Shown: in pieces, positions 1 to 10,818 of the stretch
How positions within the stretch are numbered: position 1 is the stretch's first letter
How the letters are laid out: each line of letters starts with the position of its first letter
Assembly: GCA_963710375.1 (NCBI GenBank)
Contig: CAVPZX010000003.1
Coordinates: 128,001-192,000, forward strand
Source of the DNA: Nitrospirota bacterium
GTDB taxonomy: Bacteria; Nitrospirota; Thermodesulfovibrionia; Thermodesulfovibrionales; Dissulfurispiraceae
Length of the DNA stretch: 64,000 bases
Direction: 5' to 3'
The notes under the pieces: model-generated
Databases searched by the model: none
Told to the model about the DNA's origin: nothing
What the model saw: only the letters and a program-made list of their open reading frames with translations
Translations under genes and position numbers: made by a program

Positions 1-328
1 CAAGAGGAATGACCAATTTGTCAAGCTTGTCAGCCTGGCAGTGATCAGTGTGAAGGGCGACATAGACGGGATACCGTTCCGCCGCTCGATGCACATGTTC
101 TGCGATCGAGATCGCCCCAAGAGCCATGTCCTTTACGGAAGATCCTGAAGCAAAGGCGCCTCCGCCGGTCGAGACCTGTATAATGCCGTCGCTCTTGCTT
201 TCGGCAAGGCCTTTGAGGACGGCATTTGCAGTTGTGAGCGATGTAACGTTAATGGCCGGGTAGGCAAAGTGTTCCATCCGTGCCCTATCGAGCATTTGAC
301 AATAGATATTGTAATCGGCTACAGGCAT
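1..328 (-). CDS. fbaA: Class II fructose-bisphosphate aldolase (5' part; runs off the window)
   Basis: Manual translation from ATG at 328: MPVADYNIYCQMLDRARMEHFAYPAINVTS...IIQVSTGGG...VALHTDHC. GGAGG RBS upstream. Not in the ORF track. Confidence 0.9.
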   Translation of the reverse strand, partial: MPVADYNIYCQMLDRARMEHFAYPAINVTSLTTANAVLKGLAESKSDGIIQVSTGGGAFASGSSVKDMALGAISIAEHVHRAAERYPVYVALHTDHCQADKLDKLVIPL

Positions 329-629
329 AACTACCTCCATTCAAGCGGGAATTTTATAGCAGCATTAATTATGTTGGTTTTGCTTCATTCACACATTAAC
401 CTTTTACGTCGCTCACGAAATACAGGGGTCAAGCCAGGGGCTACCCCGCTAATTTCACCGAACGCTTTTTAGTGATAGTTGGCAATTATACCATATCGCG
501 GGCAGGCAGGTAGGTGGACGCAGTACTGAAGCGTACTGTCCCGCGTTGTGCAGGAGTGAAACATTTATGAATTGAAGTACGTAGTTACGCTGTGTTATTT
601 TAGTATGCCTGTATAACGGGGGAGGCTGC

Positions 630-1178
630 ATGGTTAAAAATGACAGATGGATACATGAAATGGCGCTGGGAGGCATGATTGTTCCGTTTCAGGAGAGGCA
701 GGCCCGGGAGGGAGTCATTTCATACGGCATAAGTTCTTACGGTTACGACATGCGTATAAGTGACGAGTTCAAGATTTTTACTAATATCAATACGACGGTG
801 ATAGATCCGAAACAGTTCGACCCGAGAAGCCTGGTCGATTATAAGGGCGATATATGCATTGTTCCACCGAATTCGTTTGTTCTTGCCAGTTCTTTGGAGT
901 ATTTCAAAATTCCCAGGGATGTGCTGGTGATATGTCTTGGCAAGTCAACTTATGCGCGATGCGGCATAGTAGTCAATGTCACTCCCCTGGAGCCTGAATG
1001 GGAAGGGCATATCACGGTAGAGATATCGAATACTACTCCGCTGCCGGCAAAAATATATGCGAATGAGGGTATTGCACAACTCATTTTTTTGCAGGCGTCA
1101 GAAGTATGCAGCACATCATATAAGGATAAAGCCGGCAAATATCAGGCCCAGAAAGGTATAACTCTGCCGAAGCTATAA
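630..1178 (+). CDS. dcd: dCTP deaminase
   Basis: [19 protein letters not shown] and TPLEPEWEG motifs. Confidence 0.95.
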   Translation: MVKNDRWIHEMALGGMIVPFQERQAREGVISYGISSYGYDMRISDEFKIFTNINTTVIDPKQFDPRSLVDYKGDICIVPPNSFVLASSLEYFKIPRDVLVICLGKSTYARCGIVVNVTPLEPEWEGHITVEISNTTPLPAKIYANEGIAQLIFLQASEVCSTSYKDKAGKYQAQKGITLPKL

Positions 1179-1903
1179 TGCAACTTTCATGGAAAAATAA
1201 ACTTATTGTTGCACTCGATGTGTCCGACCGGGACAAGGCGCTTGATATTGTTGACAGGCTTGGCGATCAGGCTGCCGTTTTCAAGGTCGGCTTTGAGCTT
1301 TTTGTCACTGCGGGTCCGGACATTGTCAGGGAGATACAGAAAAAAGGCAAGAGGGTATTTCTCGATCTCAAGTTTCATGATATTCCGAATACTGTTACCA
1401 GGGCTGCTGTTGCTGCTGCGAGACTCGGCGTTTACATGTTCAATGTGCACACCTCTGGCGGCCTTGCCATGATGAAGCAGTGCACTGACGCTGTGGCGGA
1501 GTTGTGCATTAAGGAAAATATTCAGAGGCCTAAGATTATCGGTGTTACAGCTCTTACGAGCCTCGATACCGAAATACTCAAGAACGAACTTGGGATTCAT
1601 TACAGTCTGAAAACTCATGTTAAGCGCCTCGCCTCGCTTGCGTTTGCTGCCGGTCTTGACGGAGTTGTCGCGTCACCGCATGAAACAGTAATGATAAAGC
1701 TCCAATGCGGAAAGGATTTTCTTGTGGTCACGCCTGGAATAAGACCGTCCTGGGTCCCGCCGGACGACCAGAAGAGGACGGCAACCCCCAGGCAGGCGCT
1801 GCGGGATGGAGCTGACTACATTGTAATGGGCAGAGGGATCCTAAAGGACGAGGACCCGGCCAGGGCCCTGGAGCTTATTTCTCTTGAAATGCTCACCGCG
1901 TAA
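1178..1903 (+). CDS. pyrF: Orotidine-5'-phosphate decarboxylase
   Basis: LIVALD, FLDLKFHDIPNT and VTPGIR motifs. Confidence 0.95.
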   Translation: MQLSWKNKLIVALDVSDRDKALDIVDRLGDQAAVFKVGFELFVTAGPDIVREIQKKGKRVFLDLKFHDIPNTVTRAAVAAARLGVYMFNVHTSGGLAMMKQCTDAVAELCIKENIQRPKIIGVTALTSLDTEILKNELGIHYSLKTHVKRLASLAFAAGLDGVVASPHETVMIKLQCGKDFLVVTPGIRPSWVPPDDQKRTATPRQALRDGADYIVMGRGILKDEDPARALELISLEMLTA

Positions 1904-1909
1904 CTGAAC

Positions 1910-3410
1910 TTGAACCTCGACAAAACAGATTTCCTGGATCGCGCAGCGAGTGGGCGCATCCCGCCGCTTTTCGAAGAGATTCCTTATGTTGAACCCCATC
2001 TGTTTTATGAACGGCTTTCCGCATCGCGGCAACTGCATCATAGCGTTCTTCTTGAAAGCGTGAAGGGCCCATACAAAATAGCCCGTTATTCATTTATCGC
2101 TTTTGAACCGTATTTGGTGTTGAGTGCCAAAGACGGCGAAGTATGCGTCAGCTCTACCAACGGGGAAAAGAGTTCTATTTCACTCAGATCTCCGTTGGAC
2201 CGGTTGAGCGAACTCATTGCTGCTTATCCGCAGGACGCTGTCCCGGAACTCCCGCCTTTTCAGGGAGGCGCGATTGGATTGCTTTCCTATGACTTTGTAA
2301 GATACCTGGAAAATATTCCGAGAAATGCCGTGGCCGACCTCGACATCCCTGACATTCATTTTATGATGGCTGACAGGATTGCTGCTTTTGACCATCTTGA
2401 AAAAAGAGCCTGGATTATTATATCCCCGGGAGCGCGCCACACGCAAATGGGATTCAGGGACATCGCGGATATTGACTGGGACAGCGCATATGATGAAGCG
2501 GCTGAAGTTGTCAGGAGCATAGTGGGTCTGGAATTTCGCAGCGCTGACATCGGGCCGCAGGTAAGCCGGACGCCTTTGCTGAAATACGAGATGGACAAGG
2601 ACTCTTATATGAAGATCGTAAGGAAAGCCAAGGAATATATTGCCTCTGGGGACATATTTCAGGCGAACCTGTCCCAGCGCATCTCGGCATTCGTTGACGA
2701 TGTCGTACCGTGGGACCTTTATAAAATGCTGAGGCATATAAATCCTTCCCCTTTTGCCGCCTTTGCCGATTTCGGCAGTTATACTATTGTCAGACTCGTC
2801 GCCCGAACGTTTGGTAAAAGTAAAAGACCGCATTATTGAAACGCGGCCGATTGCCGGCACCAGGCCGCGCGGGCAAAGCGTTGATGAGGACTCACTTATG
2901 AGGGCTGAATTGCTGCTCAATGAAAAAGAGCGGGCAGAGCACATAATGCTTATTGACCTCGAAAGAAACGATATCGGAAGGGTGGCTGAGTTCGGCAGCA
3001 TAAATGTTGACGAGCTGATGATAACCGAGGACTACTCGCATGTTATACATATTGTCTCAAACATAAAGGGCATTCTCAAAAACGGCAAAACATGTTTCGA
3101 TGTTATACGGGCCGTATTTCCCGGCGGCACGATTACCGGTGTGCCAAAAGTGAGGTGTATGGAAATAATCGATGAGCTTGAACCTGTTGCAAGGGGGCCT
3201 TATACCGGCTCCCTCGGTTATGTAGGTTTTTCAGGCTCTATGGACCTGAATATTATTATCCGGTCTTTTTTAATTAAAGATCAACATGCATATGTTCAGG
3301 TCGGAGCAGGAATTGTCGCGGATTCAGACCCTGAGAGAGAATATTACGAAACGTTGAAGAAGGCTGAAGCCCTGATAAATACGATAGAGCTTTTGCATGT
3401 GAAGCAGTAG
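1910..3410 (+). CDS. Anthranilate/aminodeoxychorismate synthase component I family protein, split by a +1 frameshift near 2794 (sequencing error or recent pseudogene)
   Basis: N-half has PPFQGG, GDIFQANLS and NPSPF; C-half has SSPER, TRPIAGT, EHIMLIDLERND and GAGIVADS. Removing A2794 restores VSSSPER. Confidence 0.85.
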
Positions 3411-3590
3411 TATTCAGGGTCTGTTTATATATCCCCTGCCGATGGAGAAGTTGTCGTTCGAGAGAGAAATGTTTTTTGTACAGATTTCATATATAATCTA
3501 CGAATTGGGCCGGCAGTTGTGGAATATCTGCGACCACTGTTCAGCCGGCAGGTTGTTCTGATATTTACAAACTGGGAGGATTAATTCTTT

Positions 3591-5304
3591 ATGAAGGCAT
3601 GGGTAATAGCTTTATTTATTCCGGCCATGTTACTTGCTTTACCTGCAATTGCTCCTGCGGTCAGTTTGCCCAGCGCCGGTTCGACTCAGCGTGAGATAGA
3701 GAAACAATTACAGGAACAGCAGCCCCAGCCGAGTGCTCCGGCCCCGGCTCCGCTCCCTCCTCAGCCTGCTGCGCCCGAGGGTGTCAAGGCTCTTGTCAAG
3801 GACTTCCTTATCACCGGGGAGAAGATATTCACTGAGAAGCAGCTCAAATCGCTCCTTACCGGATTTATAGGCAAAGAACTCAGTATCACGGAACTGGAAG
3901 GGGCCGCCCGGACCATTGATGAGTTTTACCGCAGCAAAGGCTTCATAGTGCGGGTTTACCTGCCGCAGCAGGAGATAAAGGACGGGGTAGTGCATATCGT
4001 TGTCATTGAAGGAAAGCTCGAAGGGGTTGAGGTTGACGAGAAAACCAAATCCCGCCTTGGCTCAGCAAAGGCAAAGAATTATATAACTGCTGCCCAGCCT
4101 CTTGGCGAAACGTTGCTCATAAACAGCCTTGAGCGCGGCATGCTTCTGCTGAACGACCTCCCCGGGGTTTCCGCCACATCCATACTGCATCCGGGACAGG
4201 AGGCAGGCACCTCCCGCCTTTTGCTGAAGGTCCAAGATACCCCTTTGTTTTCCGGCGGCACTTTTTACAACAATGCAGGTCAGAGGGCCACCGGCACAAG
4301 TCAGGGCATAATATACGCAAGCGCCAATGACATAACCGGCATTGGCGACCAGTTCACAATAACCGGGCTTCATTCTGACAAAGACGGCACAGATTTTTCA
4401 AGTGCAGCCTATAGTCTGCCGATAGGTTATTCAGGGCTCCGGGTCGGCTCTTCTGTTTCAGGTTTGAAATACAAGCTCGTCGGCGATTTCGCGTCCTTCG
4501 AGTCCAACGGCAGCGCAGAGACATATGACGTCAACGCCAACTATCCTATCATCCGAAGCCACTCTATTAATCTGATCACGAGCGTCAGCTATGACCATAA
4601 ATGCTATCTCAATAAGGTGGCAGGCTCAACTACCAGTGATAAAAGAGTTAACGTTGGATCATTTGCCCTAAAAGGGGATCTATTTGACCAACTCCTGGGA
4701 GGGGGACATACGACGGCTGGAATAACGCTATATAATGGGAGCCTTCAGACTCGGTAATGCCCCTGATGACAAAGCAGCTGATGAGGCGACAGCCCGTACA
4801 GAGGGACAATACCTGAAACTTGGATGGAATGCATCCAGGCTGCAGACCATATACACGAAGACATCGTTATACCTGGGATTTTCAGGCCAGTTTGCAGATA
4901 AGAATCTCGATTCTTCCGAAAAGTTCATCCTCGGCGGCCCTTATGGGGTGCGGGCCTATCCTGTAAATGAGGCATCCGGAGATGAGGGCGTACTCGCCAG
5001 CTTAGAGCTGCGCCAGAACATAATCAATGAAATCCAGGTCATTGGCTTTCTGGATTATGGACATATCGTTGTTAATCATACCCCCTGGGCCGGTTCTCAG
5101 GGCGCATTAAATACGCCGAACCGATACGATCTTGCCGGCGCAGGTCCGGGGATAAACCTTCTGTTTAATAAGCTCAAAATGAATGCAAATCTAAACGTTG
5201 CATGGCCCATAGGTGCGAATCCGGGGCGCGACGCTTTCGGTAACGACAATGACGGCACCCATAAAAGGCCGCGATTCTGGTTATCTGCGCAAAAATATTT
5301 TTAG
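3591..5304 (+). CDS. ShlB/FhaC/HecB (TpsB, Omp85-family) two-partner secretion transporter, split by a +1 frameshift near 4749
   Basis: Signal peptide, POTRA domain (YRSKGF...VYLPQQEIKDGVVHIVVIEG), LDSSEKFILGGPYGVRAY motif and C-terminal Phe. Confidence 0.85.
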
Positions 5305-5433
5305 GGCAGAAAAAATCCCGGCCCGGAATTAATTTTGACATTAAAATTTACCAAACCAATATTGCATCATTAATGGATAATATTGTATGTTAATCAGACC
5401 ACTATTTATATAAAACTTCAAACGGGAATAAAC

Positions 5434-7263
5434 ATGAAAGTGCCATTTTCAAAGAAAATCGTGACGAAGCTGATTTTTTATCCGCTATTGTTGATGCTTG
5501 TGCTCTTTGCAGCCCTTTCCGCCGGCTTTTATTTCCTCGTCCCGCAGAATCCTTTTGTTGATTTTCCCAGGCGGGAGCAGATGAGTCTATTGTCCGAGAA
5601 AAGAGTCGCCGTTGATATGTGGTTTGAGCAATGTAAAAAAAGCACCGAATATATTTCGAAAAACGATATTGTCAGAGAGGCGATTTCCGTGCATACTTCT
5701 TCTGCGGCGGCAGCCGACAAACGGAGGAAGAAAGTGCCTGTTCCGGTAAGAGCGGCTGTTGAGGCTGCGTCGCAGAAGTTGCTTGATGATATGGTCCTTT
5801 CTTCTCCTTGCAAAATGTTCGCTCTTTTGTTAAAGGATGGGACAATTATCTCGAGCAGCCAGAAAGAACTGATAGGCAGCAACTGGTCGGATAGAGACTT
5901 TTTCACGAGCGTAATAGCTGATTTGCAATCTTCATCAGTGCGAGTATTTCGTAGTGCCGACAGCGGTATGGTTTTCCTTGCCCCTGTCTTTGCAGAAAAG
6001 GAGGGCATGGTAGGCGTTATTTATGCAATTCCTAATAATGAAAGGCTTGCCGGACTTTTACACGTCAACAACGCTGTGTACAAAACAGAAAAAGTCGAGC
6101 TGATTGACAGGGAAGGCAACCTGATACTAACGCAAAAAGGGTTTCCTGACAAGAGAATCAAATACAACGTACCTAACACCGATAAGGAGAAATCGGTCCA
6201 GTTAAAGGACAACCTGTTTTTCTACGTTGTTTCCCTCGGGAATGCACCTTTTCGTCTTATCTCGACCATTGACAAGTCTGAGGTCAAGCAGCCTTTGACA
6301 ATTGTTTTAGTGTTGTGCGCGGTATTCGCCGGTTTGTTCATTATCGTGCTGGTGTTTTGGACCCTCTATTACGGCCCGAAACTCGTTTCAAAGCCGGTAG
6401 CAAGGTTTATTTCTGCGTTGAAAGAAGTTTCTGAGGGCATTCTGAACAATATTAATTTGGGAAAAGATTATAGCGGGGAATTGCTCGACTTGAAAAAGTC
6501 AATCGAGTCGATGGTCAACGAACTTAAGACCAAGGAATCGTTACAAGCGGAGAGGCTTGAGGCAGAAAGGCTTGAGGCTGCAAAAGCAATGGCCTGTGCC
6601 CCTCTTGTAGACATTATATATGAATTAAGAGACCCTCTGAGCGATACTGCCGGCTATGCGGAAGAGGTGATCAAGAGTGATCAGCAGCTTAATGAACAGA
6701 GCAGGAAGAACCTGCAGGATATGCTCTTCACTTTGAAGGACCTTTTCCTGTTCGTGGACAATCTTTATCATTATGCTCAGATCGAGCAAAAGAAGTTTGT
6801 TACTGAGACTGAACCGTTTAATCTCTGCGAACTCCTGGATGACATTGGACAGTATGCAAAAGACCTTGCAGGCATGAAAGAAATAGAAGTGATCGTGGAG
6901 TGCCAGGAAGTGTTTATGGACAGGATGGTGTATACGGACGGATTGCTGCTCAAAAAATTGTTGATGAACCTTGTAAACAATGCAGTGAAAAATACCATTG
7001 CGGGGACTATCACCATATTGACTACTGAGGCATCAAAAGATGGGACGGAGTATATTGAGGTGTCGGTTGCCGATACCGGAAAAGGGTTTGACAGCGATGA
7101 ATTGGACCGATTATTCGGGGGAATATCCTCTCCCGATTCATCCTTGGGGCTTATTATGGCACGAAAAATGGCCGAAATTCTCAGAGGCAATCTTGAAATC
7201 GAGAGTTTGGCCGGCAAGGGTTCAGTTTTTACCGTCAATATTCCGATTAAGCCGATTGTCTGA
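5434..7263 (+). CDS. Membrane sensor histidine kinase-like protein (Cache-like/HAMP/HisKA/HATPase) with degenerate H-box
   Basis: Two TM segments, N-box NLVNNAVK and G1 box DTGKG. H-box reads IIYELRDPL. Start placed at ATG 5434; the ORF is open from 5383. Confidence 0.8.
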   Translation: MKVPFSKKIVTKLIFYPLLLMLVLFAALSAGFYFLVPQNPFVDFPRREQMSLLSEKRVAVDMWFEQCKKSTEYISKNDIVREAISVHTSSAAAADKRRKKVPVPVRAAVEAASQKLLDDMVLSSPCKMFALLLKDGTIISSSQKELIGSNWSDRDFFTSVIADLQSSSVRVFRSADSGMVFLAPVFAEKEGMVGVIYAIPNNERLAGLLHVNNAVYKTEKVELIDREGNLILTQKGFPDKRIKYNVPNTDKEKSVQLKDNLFFYVVSLGNAPFRLISTIDKSEVKQPLTIVLVLCAVFAGLFIIVLVFWTLYYGPKLVSKPVARFISALKEVSEGILNNINLGKDYSGELLDLKKSIESMVNELKTKESLQAERLEAERLEAAKAMACAPLVDIIYELRDPLSDTAGYAEEVIKSDQQLNEQSRKNLQDMLFTLKDLFLFVDNLYHYAQIEQKKFVTETEPFNLCELLDDIGQYAKDLAGMKEIEVIVECQEVFMDRMVYTDGLLLKKLLMNLVNNAVKNTIAGTITILTTEASKDGTEYIEVSVADTGKGFDSDELDRLFGGISSPDSSLGLIMARKMAEILRGNLEIESLAGKGSVFTVNIPIKPIV

Positions 7264-7304
7264 ATTGCAGATACTAAATACTAAAGAGGGGGAATTTTCA
7301 GACA

Positions 7305-8723
7305 GTGAGCGGCGATGAAAAAAGCAAGAGTATAGTTGACAGGATTTGGGATTTATTTTCTTCCATAAAGCTTGCGGTGGTAGTTTTCACCATTATCTCG
7401 GCCACCTCTATCGTGGGCACCGTAATTGAACAACAAGCCGAACCTGAGCAGAATATAAAACTGCTGGCAAAGTTTGTAGGTGTGGATTTTGCTCCAACTG
7501 CCTTTCGCATATTGGATACGCTGGGTTTTACCGATATGTTCCGCTCCTGGTGGTTCATGGCCCTACTGTTCATATTCACGGCTAATCTGGTCATCTGTTC
7601 TTTTGAGAGACTTCCCAAGATATGGAAGCTTGTCAAGGAGCCGGTCAAGCCTGTAACAGCTGAACGGTTAAATGCCCTGTCGATAAAACGGGAGATTATT
7701 TTAAAAGAGAAAGTTGACAAAGCCGCAGAGCATGCCGGGGCTGTACTGAAGAGGAATGGATTCAGGGCCGGCGAGAGGAAAGAGGACAACGGGGTCCAGT
7801 TATACGCTGAAAAGGGCAGATACAGCAGGCTTGGAGTATACATTACACATCTGAGCATACTGCTGATATTGGGTGGAGCGGTAATAGGGATGATTTTCGG
7901 GTTCAATGGCTCGCTTAATTTACCGGAAGGGATGTCATCCGTTGTAGCCTATAAGAGCAGCGGAATGCAGATACCGCTGGGGTTTGAGGTCCGGTGCGAT
8001 AATTTCAATGTTTCATTTTACGACAATACTGATACTCCCAAATCATATAAAAGCTGGCTGACTATAATAGAGAGCGGTAAGGAAGTAAAGGGAAAGGTGA
8101 TAGATGTGAACAACCCATTACAGCATAAAGGGATTACATTTTATCAGGCCAGTTACGGGTATGCTCCGTCGAGGAATTCGATATTTAAATTCAGCGTAAC
8201 ATCGAATGCCGGGACAAGAGGAGATGTGAATGTTAAATTTGGAGAACCGTTCACGATACCCGGGACAGCAGTGACCGGGAAAGTTATTGACTTTAGTCCT
8301 GCAATCGGTATGGACGAGTCCGGGAAGCTGTATACGTATGCGGAAATGATGAATAACCCGGCAGCATTTGTGGAATTTACAGAGAACGGGAAAATGAAAT
8401 ACCGGCAGTGGATACTGGTGCGGTTACCGCAGACATGGAAGGTGGCGGATGGGACAGTTGAGTTCAAGCATTTATGGGGAGCACAGTATACCGGATTGCA
8501 GGTGAGGAAAGACCCTGGAGTATGGCTTGTCTATCTGGGGTGCATGGTTATGGCCATGGGACTGTATACCGCATTTTTCATGGGACATAGCAGGGTATGG
8601 ATATGGGTGAGGGAAGACAAGGGCGGAGCAAAGGTTACGATAGCCGGGTCAGCGAATAAAAATAAGATCTCTTTTGAACAGAAGATAGATAAAATGACAA
8701 AAGAAGTAAGCAGTAAGCAGTAG
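7305..8723 (+). CDS. resB: Cytochrome c biogenesis protein ResB/Ccs1 (System II), copy 1
   Basis: SSIKLAV...GTVIEQ, FRSWWF, YITHLS, VNNPL and TGLQVRKDPG motifs. Confidence 0.93.
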   Translation: MSGDEKSKSIVDRIWDLFSSIKLAVVVFTIISATSIVGTVIEQQAEPEQNIKLLAKFVGVDFAPTAFRILDTLGFTDMFRSWWFMALLFIFTANLVICSFERLPKIWKLVKEPVKPVTAERLNALSIKREIILKEKVDKAAEHAGAVLKRNGFRAGERKEDNGVQLYAEKGRYSRLGVYITHLSILLILGGAVIGMIFGFNGSLNLPEGMSSVVAYKSSGMQIPLGFEVRCDNFNVSFYDNTDTPKSYKSWLTIIESGKEVKGKVIDVNNPLQHKGITFYQASYGYAPSRNSIFKFSVTSNAGTRGDVNVKFGEPFTIPGTAVTGKVIDFSPAIGMDESGKLYTYAEMMNNPAAFVEFTENGKMKYRQWILVRLPQTWKVADGTVEFKHLWGAQYTGLQVRKDPGVWLVYLGCMVMAMGLYTAFFMGHSRVWIWVREDKGGAKVTIAGSANKNKISFEQKIDKMTKEVSSKQ

Positions 8724-8739
8724 GCAAAGGAGGTTATAC

Positions 8740-9825
8740 ATGGACAGTTCTCAGTTTTTCGGCATAGCGAGCATTGCGTATATACTGGCAATGGTTGCGT
8801 ATATAGCGTATCTGGCATTCAAGAATTCCGTGGTCGGGGTTATCGCGACAACAATAACAGTGGTTGGATTTATCTCGCATACAATAGCATTTATTCTGCG
8901 TTGGAAAGAGTTTTACGAAATCGGCCAAATGGGGATACTGAGAGCGATACCCCTTACGAACCTCTATGAATCGCTGATATTCTTTGTCTGGTGCGTGATA
9001 CTGGCGTATCTGATCATCGAGTGGAAATACAAGAACCGGTCGTTCGGAGCTTTTATCACCCCCATCGCGGGAATGGCGCTGGCGTTTATCGACATATCGG
9101 GGATGGATAAAAATATACACCCTCTGATACCTGCGCTTCAGAGCAACTGGCTGCTGGCGCATGTAACAATGAGTTTTCTCTCCTATGCAGCCTTTGCCAT
9201 ATCCTTTGCCACATCCATGATGTACCTGATTATTACGACTGAAGACAAAAAAAGCGCTCCTTATATTTTCTGGACGATTGCCTTGGGAGTATTTGTTTCG
9301 GTGTTTCTGGCCATGGGCATAGATTTTTTAGTATTCAAAGTTGCGATGAGTTCACCGGAATCGTTCATAAAGAGCTACCTGTTCAAGGCTACTTACAGGA
9401 ACAGTTCAGGGGCGGTATCGCTCGTCAGTTATTTAGGGACGGCTGTTTTTATCTTCGTAATCTGGAAGTACGGCTATTTATTAAGAAACGTTATAACATC
9501 GTTCTCTATCTCACAGGATCTGCTTGATGACCTGACATATAAGAGTGTAGCAGTGGGGTTTCCGATATTCACACTTGGCGGACTGATATTCGGTGCGGTA
9601 TGGGCAGACCAGGCGTGGGGCAGGTATTGGAGCTGGGACCCGAAAGAGACATGGTCATTGATAACGTGGTTTGTATATGCTTTTTATCTGCACGCGAGGT
9701 TTTTAAGAGGCTGGAGGGGCAGGAGGATAGCGGTAGTTGCGGTCGTGGGATTTGTCTGCACGGTCTTCACCTACCTGGGTGTTAACCTTCTGCTGAGCGG
9801 CCTGCATTCATATGGGGGAGGATAA
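8740..9825 (+). CDS. resC: Cytochrome c biogenesis protein ResC/CcsA (System II heme ligase), copy 1
   Basis: WWD motif WGRYWSWDPKETW, PALQSNWLLAH and C-terminal GLHSY. Confidence 0.95.
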   Translation: MDSSQFFGIASIAYILAMVAYIAYLAFKNSVVGVIATTITVVGFISHTIAFILRWKEFYEIGQMGILRAIPLTNLYESLIFFVWCVILAYLIIEWKYKNRSFGAFITPIAGMALAFIDISGMDKNIHPLIPALQSNWLLAHVTMSFLSYAAFAISFATSMMYLIITTEDKKSAPYIFWTIALGVFVSVFLAMGIDFLVFKVAMSSPESFIKSYLFKATYRNSSGAVSLVSYLGTAVFIFVIWKYGYLLRNVITSFSISQDLLDDLTYKSVAVGFPIFTLGGLIFGAVWADQAWGRYWSWDPKETWSLITWFVYAFYLHARFLRGWRGRRIAVVAVVGFVCTVFTYLGVNLLLSGLHSYGGG

Positions 9826-9830
9826 AAGGC

Positions 9831-9903
9831 AAAGTTAAGGCTAAGGTTAAGGTTAAGCAAGGTTTCTTGTTTTTTCCTTAACCTTAACCTTGACCTCAAC
9901 CTT
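9831..9903. repeat. Hexamer-periodic inverted repeat (AAGGTT)n...(AACCTT)n hairpin
   Basis: aaagttaaggctaaggttaaggttaag ... cttaaccttaaccttgacctcaacctt. Confidence 0.8.
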
Positions 9904-9930
9904 CTTTTATTATGAGATTTTCAGAGGAGG

Positions 9931-10761
9931 ATGTGTGAGATGGTTTTAAAAACTCCGTTAGTTGCATTGATGCTTGTCCTTGCGGTATTTATTGCAACTG
10001 CGAACGCTGAACCCCCGTATATGGACCCTGTTACAGGAATGGAGTTTGTATTTATTAAAGGCGGTTGTTATCAAATGGGTGACCCGACCGGCGACAGCAA
10101 TGACAGGCCGCCCCATGAGGTATGCGTTAGTGATTTTTACATGAGTAAGTACGACGTTACCAATCAGCAGTTCAGAAAATTCAGGCCCGAACACAGTAGC
10201 GGCAACTTTGAGGGTTTGTCGGAAAATGGTGACGAACAGCCGGTTGTGAATGTTACCTGGGAGGATGCGGTCGCTTTTGCCGGGTGGCTGTCTCAAAAAA
10301 GCGGGCGGACTTACAGGCTGCCGACCGAGGCGGAGTGGGAGTACGCAGCCCGTGCCGGATCACAGACCACATATTTCTGGGGCAATAACCCTGACGATGC
10401 CTGCAAATATGCTAATGTGGCTGATCTGACTGCAAAGAAGCGCTGGAAGAAATGGACCGTCTTTAATTGTGATGACAAGTTTCTGGTTACGTCTCCTGTC
10501 GGCAGTTTTCTGCCAAACAACAATGGGCTTTACGATATGCTCGGCAATGTTTGGCAATGGGTCGAGGACGTATACAATAAAGAAGCCTATATCAAGCTTC
10601 CTAAATACAACCCGGTGTACGAGGGTTCCGGCAAATATCGTGTCATGCGGGGCGGGGGCTGGAGCAACGGGCCTCTGGGTGTGAGGGTTTCCCATCGCGT
10701 TCCGCTTACACCGGATTTCGGACATCATGCTCTAGGGTTCCGGCTAGTGATGGCCAAATGA
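9931..10761 (+). CDS. Exported formylglycine-generating enzyme (FGE/SUMF1) domain protein
   Basis: Signal peptide; PVVNVTWEDA, RLPTEAEWEYAARAG, GLYDMLGNVWQW and GFRL motifs. Confidence 0.9.
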   Translation: MCEMVLKTPLVALMLVLAVFIATANAEPPYMDPVTGMEFVFIKGGCYQMGDPTGDSNDRPPHEVCVSDFYMSKYDVTNQQFRKFRPEHSSGNFEGLSENGDEQPVVNVTWEDAVAFAGWLSQKSGRTYRLPTEAEWEYAARAGSQTTYFWGNNPDDACKYANVADLTAKKRWKKWTVFNCDDKFLVTSPVGSFLPNNNGLYDMLGNVWQWVEDVYNKEAYIKLPKYNPVYEGSGKYRVMRGGGWSNGPLGVRVSHRVPLTPDFGHHALGFRLVMAK

Positions 10762-10818
10762 GAAGATTATTTTGAGAACTCTGAACGCCTTGCCAATTCG
10801 GGGACCACGGTTTTATAA

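Larger units (their letters stand above)
7282..9915 (+). repeat. Direct repeat copy 1 (2,634 bp: resB-resC plus downstream spacer)
   Basis: Matches 42940-45573 at offset 35,658; the encoded proteins are identical. Confidence 0.97.

Noticed and set aside
497..545. Small palindrome CGCGGG...CAGTAC-tgaagc-GTACTG-t-CCCGCG between fbaA and dcd
   Set aside because: Single short copy; cannot be distinguished from a REP-like remnant or chance.
6547..6579. 15-bp tandem repeat encoding AERLE-AERLE in the pseudo-kinase
   Set aside because: Ordinary in-frame slippage in a coiled-coil linker.
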